DNA of 64,000 bases, taken from the human T2T-CHM13v2.0 reference genome, Homo sapiens. The first letter of the stretch is position 1. Every line of letters begins with the position of its first letter. Positions 57,449 through 64,000 of the stretch are shown one piece after another. The notes under the pieces were generated by a model that saw only the letters and a program-made list of their open reading frames with translations, did not search any database and had not been told where the DNA came from. Made by a program: the position numbers and the translations under genes. The stretch is from the NCBI RefSeq assembly GCF_009914755.1, contig NC_060933.1, one strand, 5' to 3'.

Positions 57449-60400
57449 CATTGCATTCCATTCCATTCCCCTGTACTCGGGTTGATTCCATTCCATTCCA
57501 TTCCAATCCATGTCATTCCACTCGTGTTGATTCCATTCCTTCCATTCCATTCAAGTTGAATCCATTCCATTGCATTCCATTCCATTCGATTCCATTCGAT
57601 TGCACTCGGGTTGATTCCATTCCATTGCATTCCATTCCATTCCATTCCATTCCATTCCATTCCATTCCATTCCGTTCCATTCCATCCCATTACATTCGGA
57701 TTGATTCTATTCAATTCCCTTACACTCCATTATATTCCATTCCATTCGGGTAGTTTCCATTCCATTCCATTCCATTCCTCTCCATTTCATTGAACTCGGG
57801 TTGATTCCATTCCATTCCATTCCATACCATTCCGGAAGATTCCATTCCATTGCATTCCATTCCATTCCATTCCCCTGCACTCGCGTTGATTCCATTCCAT
57901 TCCATTCCATTCCATTCCATTCCATTCAGTTCCGTTCCGTTCCGTTCCATTCCATTCCATTCCATTCCATTCCATTCCATTCCGTTCCGTTCCATTCCAT
58001 TCCATTCCATTCTATTTGGGTTAATTCCATTCCATTCCATTCGATTGCAATCGAGTTGATTCCATTCCATTCCATTCCATTCCTTTCCATTCCATTCCAT
58101 TCCATTACAATTCGTTCCATTCCATTCTATTCCGTACCATTCCATTCTATTCCATACCATTCCATTCCATTCCATTCCATTCCATTCCATTCCATTCCAT
58201 TCCATTCCTTTCTATTCCATTACGGATTATTCCATTCCATTGTATTCCATTCCATTCCATTCCCCTGCACTCGTGTTGATTCCATTCCATTCCATTGTAT
58301 TCCATTCCATTCCCTACCTTTGCGTTCCATTCCATTCCATTCCATTCCATTCCGTTCCGTTCCATTCCATTGCATTCCATTCTATTCGGGTTAATTCCAT
58401 TCCATTCCATTCGATTGCAATCGAGTTGATTCCATTCCATTCCATTCCATTACATTCCATTCCATTCCTTTCCATTCCATTACGGATGATTCCATTCCAT
58501 TGCATTCCATTCCATTCCATTCCCCTGTACTCGGGTTGATTCCATTCCATTCCATTCCAATCCATGTCATTCCACTCGTGTTGATTCCATTCTTTCCATT
58601 CCATTCAAGTTGAATCCATTCCATTGCATTGCATTCCATTCGATTCCATTCGATTGCACTCGGGTTGATTCCATTCCATTCCATTCCATTCCATTCCATT
58701 CCATTCCGTTCCATTCCATTCCATTACATTCGGATTGATTCTATTCAATTCCCTTACACTCCATTACATTCTATTCCATTCCGGTAGTTTCCATTCCATT
58801 CCATTCCATTCCTCTCCATTCCATTGCACTCGGGTTGATTCCATTCCATTGCATTCCATTCCATTCCATTCAATTCCATTCCGTTCCATTCCATTCCATT
58901 TCATTCGGATTGATTCTATTCAACTCCCTTACTCTACATTACATTCCATTCGATTCGGGCTGTTCCATTCCATTCCATTCCATTCCACTCCATTCCATTG
59001 CACTCGGGTTTATTCCATTCCATTCCATTCCATTCCATTCCATTCCATTCCATTCCGGAAGATTCCATTCCATTGCATTCCATTCCATTCCATTCCCCTG
59101 CACTCACGTTGATTCCATTCCATTCCATTCCATTCCATTCCATTCCATTGCATTCCATTCCATTCCATTCCTTTCCGTTCCATTCCATTCCATTCCATTC
59201 CATTCCATTCCGTTCCGTTCCATTCCATTCCATTCCATTCTATTCGGGTTAATTCCATTCCATTCCTTTCGATTGCAATCGAGTTGATTCCATTCCATTC
59301 CATTCCATTCCATTCCATTCCATTCCTTTCCATTCCATTACGGATGATTCCATTCCATTGCATTCCATTCCATTCCATTCCCCTGTACTCGGGTTCATTC
59401 CATTCCATTCCATTCCAATCCATGCCATTTCACTCGTGTTGATTCCATTCTTTCCATTCAATTCATGTTGAATCCATTCCATTGCATTCCATTCCATTCC
59501 ATTTCCCTGCAGTCGGGTTGATTCCATTCCATTCCATTCCATTCCATTCCATTCCATTCCGTTCCGTTCCGTTCCATGCCATTCCATTCCATTCTATTCG
59601 GGTTAATTCCATTCCATTCCATTCCATTCCATTCCATTCCATTCCAATCGAGTTCATTCCATTCCATGCCATTCCATTCCATTCCATTCCACTCCATTCC
59701 AGTCCTTTCCATTCCATTCCACTCGGGTTGATTCCAATGTATTCCTTTCCATTCCATTCCATTCCATTGCAATCGAGTTGATTCCATTGCTTTGCATTCC
59801 ATTCCATTCCATTCCATTCCGGATGATTCCATTCCATTGCATTCCATTCCATTCCACTCCCCTGCACTCGGGTTGATTCCATTCCATTCCACTCCATTCC
59901 GTTACTTTCCATTCCATTCCATTGTATTCGGGTTAATTCCATTCCATTCCATTCAATTCCATTCCATTCCATTCCATTACAATCGAGTTGATTCCATTCC
60001 ATTCCATTCCATTCCAGTCCTTTCCATTCCATTCCAATCGGGTTGATTCCATTCTATTAGTTTCCATTCCATTCCATTCACTTCCATTCCACTCTGGTTG
60101 ATTCCATTCCTTTCCATTCCACTCGAATACATTCCCTCCTATTCCACTCGGAAAGATTCCATTCCATTCCATTCCATTCCATTCCATTCCATTCCATTCC
60201 ATTTCGTTCCATTCCATTCTATTCCGTGTCATTCCATTCCATTCCATTCCATTCCATTCCATTCCATTCCACTCGTGTTGATTCCATTCCTTTCCATTCC
60301 ATTCGGTTTGAAGGCATTCCATTCCATTCCATTCCATTCCATTCCATTCCATTCCATTGTACTCTGGTTGATTGCATTCCATTGCATTCCATTCCATTCC

Positions 60401-63400
60401 ATTCCGTTGCATTCCATTCCATTACATTCGGATTGATTCTATTCAACTCCCTTACATTCCATTACATTCCATTCCATTCGTGTTGTTCCATTCCATTCCA
60501 TTCCATTCCACTCCATTCCATTGCACTCGGGTTGATTTCATTCCATTCCATTCCATTCCATTCCATTCCATTCCGGATGATTCCATTCCATTGCATTCCG
60601 TTCCATTACATTCCCCTGCACTCGCGTTGATTGCATTCCATTCCATTCAATTCCATTCCATTACAATTCGTTACATTCCATTCTATTCCGTACCATTCCA
60701 TTCCATTCCATACCATTCCATTCCATTCCATTCCATTCCATTCCGTTCCATTCCGTTCCATTGCATTCCATTCCATTCTATTCGTGTTCATTCCATTCCA
60801 TTCCATTCCATTCTATTCCATTCCATTTCAATCGAGTTGAATCCATTGCATTTCTTTCCATTCCATTCCATTCCATTCCATTCCGGAAGATTCCATTCCA
60901 TTGCATTCCATTCCATTCCATTCCCCTGCACTCGCGTTGATTCCATTCCATTCCATTCCATTCCATTCCGTTCCGTTCCATTCCATTCCATTCCATTCCA
61001 TTCCATTCCATTCCGTTCCTTTCCATTCCATTCCATTCCATTCTATTCGGGTTAATTCCATTCCATTCCATTCGATTGCAATCGAGTTGATTCCATTCCA
61101 TTGCATTCCATTCCAATCGATTCCATTCGATTGCACTCGGGTTGGTTCCATTCCATTGCATTCCATTCCATTCCATTCCACTCCATTCCGTTCCATTCCT
61201 TTCCATTACATTCGGATTGATTCTATTCAATTCCCTTACACTCCATTACATTCCATTCCATTCGGGTAGTTTCCACTCCATTCCATTCCATTTCTCTCCA
61301 TTCCATTGCACTCGGGTTGATTCCATTCCATTGCATTCCATTCCATTCGGGTAGTTTCCACTCCATTCCATTCCATTCCTCTCCATTCCATTGCACTCGG
61401 GTTGATTCCATTCCATTGCATTCCATTCCATTCCGGTACTTTCCACTCCATTCCATTCCATTCCTCTCCATTCCATTGCACTTGGGTTGATTCCATTCCA
61501 TTGCATTCCATTCCATTCCATTCAATTCCATTCCGTTCCATTCCATTCCATTACATTCGGATTGATTCTATTCAACTCCCTTACCCTCCATTACATTCCA
61601 TTCCATTCGGGGTGTTCCATTCCATTCCATTCCATTCCACTCCATTCCATTGCACTCGGGTTTATTCCATTCCATTCCATTCCATTCCATTCCATTCCAT
61701 TCCATTCCATTCCGGAAGATTCCATTCCATTGCATTCCATTCCATTCCTTTCCCCTGCACTCGCATTGATTCCATTCCATTCCTTTCCATTCCATTCCAT
61801 TCCATTCCTTTCCGTTCCATTCCATTCCATTCCATTCTATTCGGTTCCGTTCCGTTCCGTTCCATTCCATTCCATTCCATTCCATTCTATTCGGGTTAAT
61901 TCCATTCCATTCCATTCGACTGCAATCGAGTTGATTCCATTCCATTCCATTCCATTCCATTCCATTCCATTCCATTCTTTCCATTCCATTCAAGTGGAAT
62001 CCATTCCATTGCATTCCATTCCATTCCATTCCCCTGCAGTCGGGTTGATTCCATTCCATTCCATTCCATTCCATTCCATTCCATTCCGTTCCGTTCCGTT
62101 CCGTTCCATTCCATTCCATTCCATTCTATTCGGGTTAATTCCATTCCATTCCATTCCATTCCATTCCATTCCAATCGAGTTGATTCCATTCCATTCCATA
62201 CCATTCCATCCCACTCCATTCCAGTCCTTTCCATTCCATTCCACTCGGGTTGATTCCAATGTATTCCTTTCCATTCCATTGCATTCCATTGCAATAGAGT
62301 TGATTCCATTGCTTTGCATTCCATTCCATTCCATTCCATTCCGGATGATTCCATTCCATTGCATTCCATTCCATTCCATTCCCCTGCACTCGGGTTGATT
62401 CTATTCCATTCCATTCCGTTCCGTTCCATTCCATTCCATTCCATTCTATTCGGGTTAATTCCATTCCATTCCATTCGATTGCAATCGTTTTGATTCCATT
62501 CCATTCCATTCCATTCCATTCCATCCCATTCCATTCCTTTCCATTCCATTACGGATGATTCCATTCCATTGCATTCCATTCCATTCCATTCCCCTGTACT
62601 CGGGTTGATTCCATTCCATTGCATTCCAATCCATGCCCTTCCACTCGTGTACATTCCATTCTTTCCATTCCATTCAAGTTGAATCCATTCCATTGCATTC
62701 CATTCCATTCGATTCCATTCGATTGCACTCGGGTTGATTCCATTCCATTGCATTCCATTCCATTCAATTCCGTTCCATTCCATTCCATTCCATTCGGATT
62801 GATTCTATTCAATTCCCTTACACTCCATTACATTCCATTCCATTCGGGTAGTTTCCATTCCATTCCATTCCATTCCTCTCCTTTCCATTGCACTCGGGTT
62901 GATTCCATTCCATTGCATTCCATTCCATTCCATTCAATTCCATTCCGTTTCATTCCATTCCATTACATTCTGATTGATTCTATTCAACTCCCTTACTCTC
63001 CATTACATTCCATTCCATTCGGGCTGTTCCATTCCATTCCATTCCATTCCACTCCATTCCATTGCACTCGGGTTTATTCCATTCCATTCCATTCCATTCC
63101 ATTCCATTCCGGAAGATTCCATTCCATTGCATTCCATTCCATTCCATTCCCCTGCACTCGCGTTGATTCCATTCCATTCCATTCCATTCCATTCCATTCC
63201 TTTCCGTTCCATTCCATTGCATTCCATTCCATTCCATTCCATTCCATTCCATTCCGTTCCGTTCCGTTCCATTCCATTCCATTCCATTCTATTCGGGTTA
63301 ATTCCATTCCATTCCATTCGATTGCAATCGAGTTGATTCCATTCCATTCCATTCCATTCCATTCCATTCCATTCCATTCCATTCCTTTCCATTCCATAAC

Positions 63401-64000
63401 GGATGATTCCATTCCATTGCATTCCATTCCATTCCATTCCCCTGTACTCGGGTTCATTCCATTCCATTCCATTCCAATCCATGCCATTCCACTCGTTTTC
63501 ATTCCATTCTTTCCATTCCATTCAAGTTGAATCCATTCCATTGCATACCATTCCATTCCATTCCCCTGCAGTCGGGTTGATTCCATTCCATTCCATTCCA
63601 TTCCATTCCATTCCGTTCCGTTCCGTTCCGTTCCGTTCCATTCCATTCCATTACATTCTATTCGGGTTAATTCCATTCCATTCCATTCCATTCCATTCCA
63701 TTCCATTCCAATCGAGTTGATTCCATTCCATTCCATTCCATTCCATTCCACTCCATTCCAGTCCTTTCCATTCCATTCCACTCGGGTTGATTCCAATGTA
63801 TTCCTTTCCATTCCATTCCATTCCATTGCAATCGAGTTGATTCCATTGCTTTGCATTCCATTCCATTCCATTCCATTCCGGATGATTCTATTCCATTGCA
63901 TTCCATTCCATTCCATTCCCCTGCACTCGGGTTGATTCCATTCCATTCCACTCCATTCCGTTCCATTCCATTCCATTCCATTGTATTCGTGTTAATTCCA
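57449..64000 (+). repeat. At least 6.5 kb copy of ~36280-42966; its first 4 kb is also a third copy of ~13440-17440
   Basis: ORF pairs 57611..57793/36442..36624/13607..13789, 61223..61546/40189..40512 (offset 21034), 61896..62783/40867..41754 (21029) and 63717..63935/42683..42901 (21034). Confidence 0.93.

Larger units (their letters stand above)
1..64000 (+). repeat. Satellite III (HSat3-type) array: (CATTC)n pentamer runs separated by ACTCGGGTTG-family decamer spacers
   Basis: CATTC pentamers fill every line. Spacers ACTCGGGTTG, ATTCGGGTTA, AATCGAGTTG, ACTCGCGTTG and ACTCGTGTTG recur every 30-150 bp. This matches the classical Sat III definition, (ATTCC)n plus A(C/T)TCGGGTTG. The HSat2 CATTCGATGATGATTC-type repeat is not the dominant unit. 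Confidence 0.97.

Noticed and set aside
1-64000. Hundreds of ORFs up to 371 aa (MEWNG repeats on -, IPFHS repeats on +), e.g. 4543..5658, 24291..25331, 55295..56317
   Set aside because: (CATTC)n has no stop codon in any frame and GAATG supplies an ATG every 5 bp. The ORFs overlap in all six frames and have no domain structure.
1-64000. CRISPR-like repeat/spacer array
   Set aside because: The intervals between motifs are pentamer runs, not unique spacers. There are no cas genes or leader, and the sequence is primate satellite.
1-64000. HSat2, alpha satellite or telomeric repeat assignment
   Set aside because: CATTC runs are long and pure with Sat III decamers. There is no 171 bp alphoid monomer and no TTAGGG run. 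GGATGATTCC and TTCGATTCC are only minor variants.
1-64000. Strand inversion or retrotransposon insertion within the array
   Set aside because: No GAATG runs on +, no poly(A), and no Alu or L1 sequence were seen.
1-64000. Non-B DNA potential: (GGAAT)n hairpins and C-strand intercalated structures
   Set aside because: A known generic property of the Sat III pentamer with nothing specific to this window. There are no clustered G3 tracts for a G-quadruplex.

Overview
The whole 64 kb window is one uninterrupted block of (CATTC)n/(GAATG)n pentamer satellite. The pentamer runs are interspersed with the ACTCGGGTTG-type decamer diagnostic of human/great-ape Satellite III (HSat3, pericentromeric or acrocentric heterochromatin). 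The CATTC strand is on + throughout. I saw no inversion, Alu/L1 insertion, RNA gene or unique sequence. All ORFs (MEWNG.../IPFHS...) are artefacts of translating the pentamer, so I find no gene-encoded system here. The structure lies in the variant motifs. (1) A nested mosaic of recent near-identical multi-kb duplications, with offsets of about 22.8-23.0, 21.0-21.3, 11.7 and 28.5 kb read from matching ORF-track entries and joined at motif-level homologies. (2) Older 1.7-4 kb periodicity and a private sub-domain at 18.7-23.3 kb. (3) About 37 perfect three-unit heat-shock elements (nTTCnnGAAnnTTCn). (4) About 30 copies of a 14-bp perfect palindrome, TCGATTGCAATCGA. Counts are by eye and breakpoints are approximate to tens of bp. 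Species, chromosome and HSat3 subfamily cannot be assigned from inspection.
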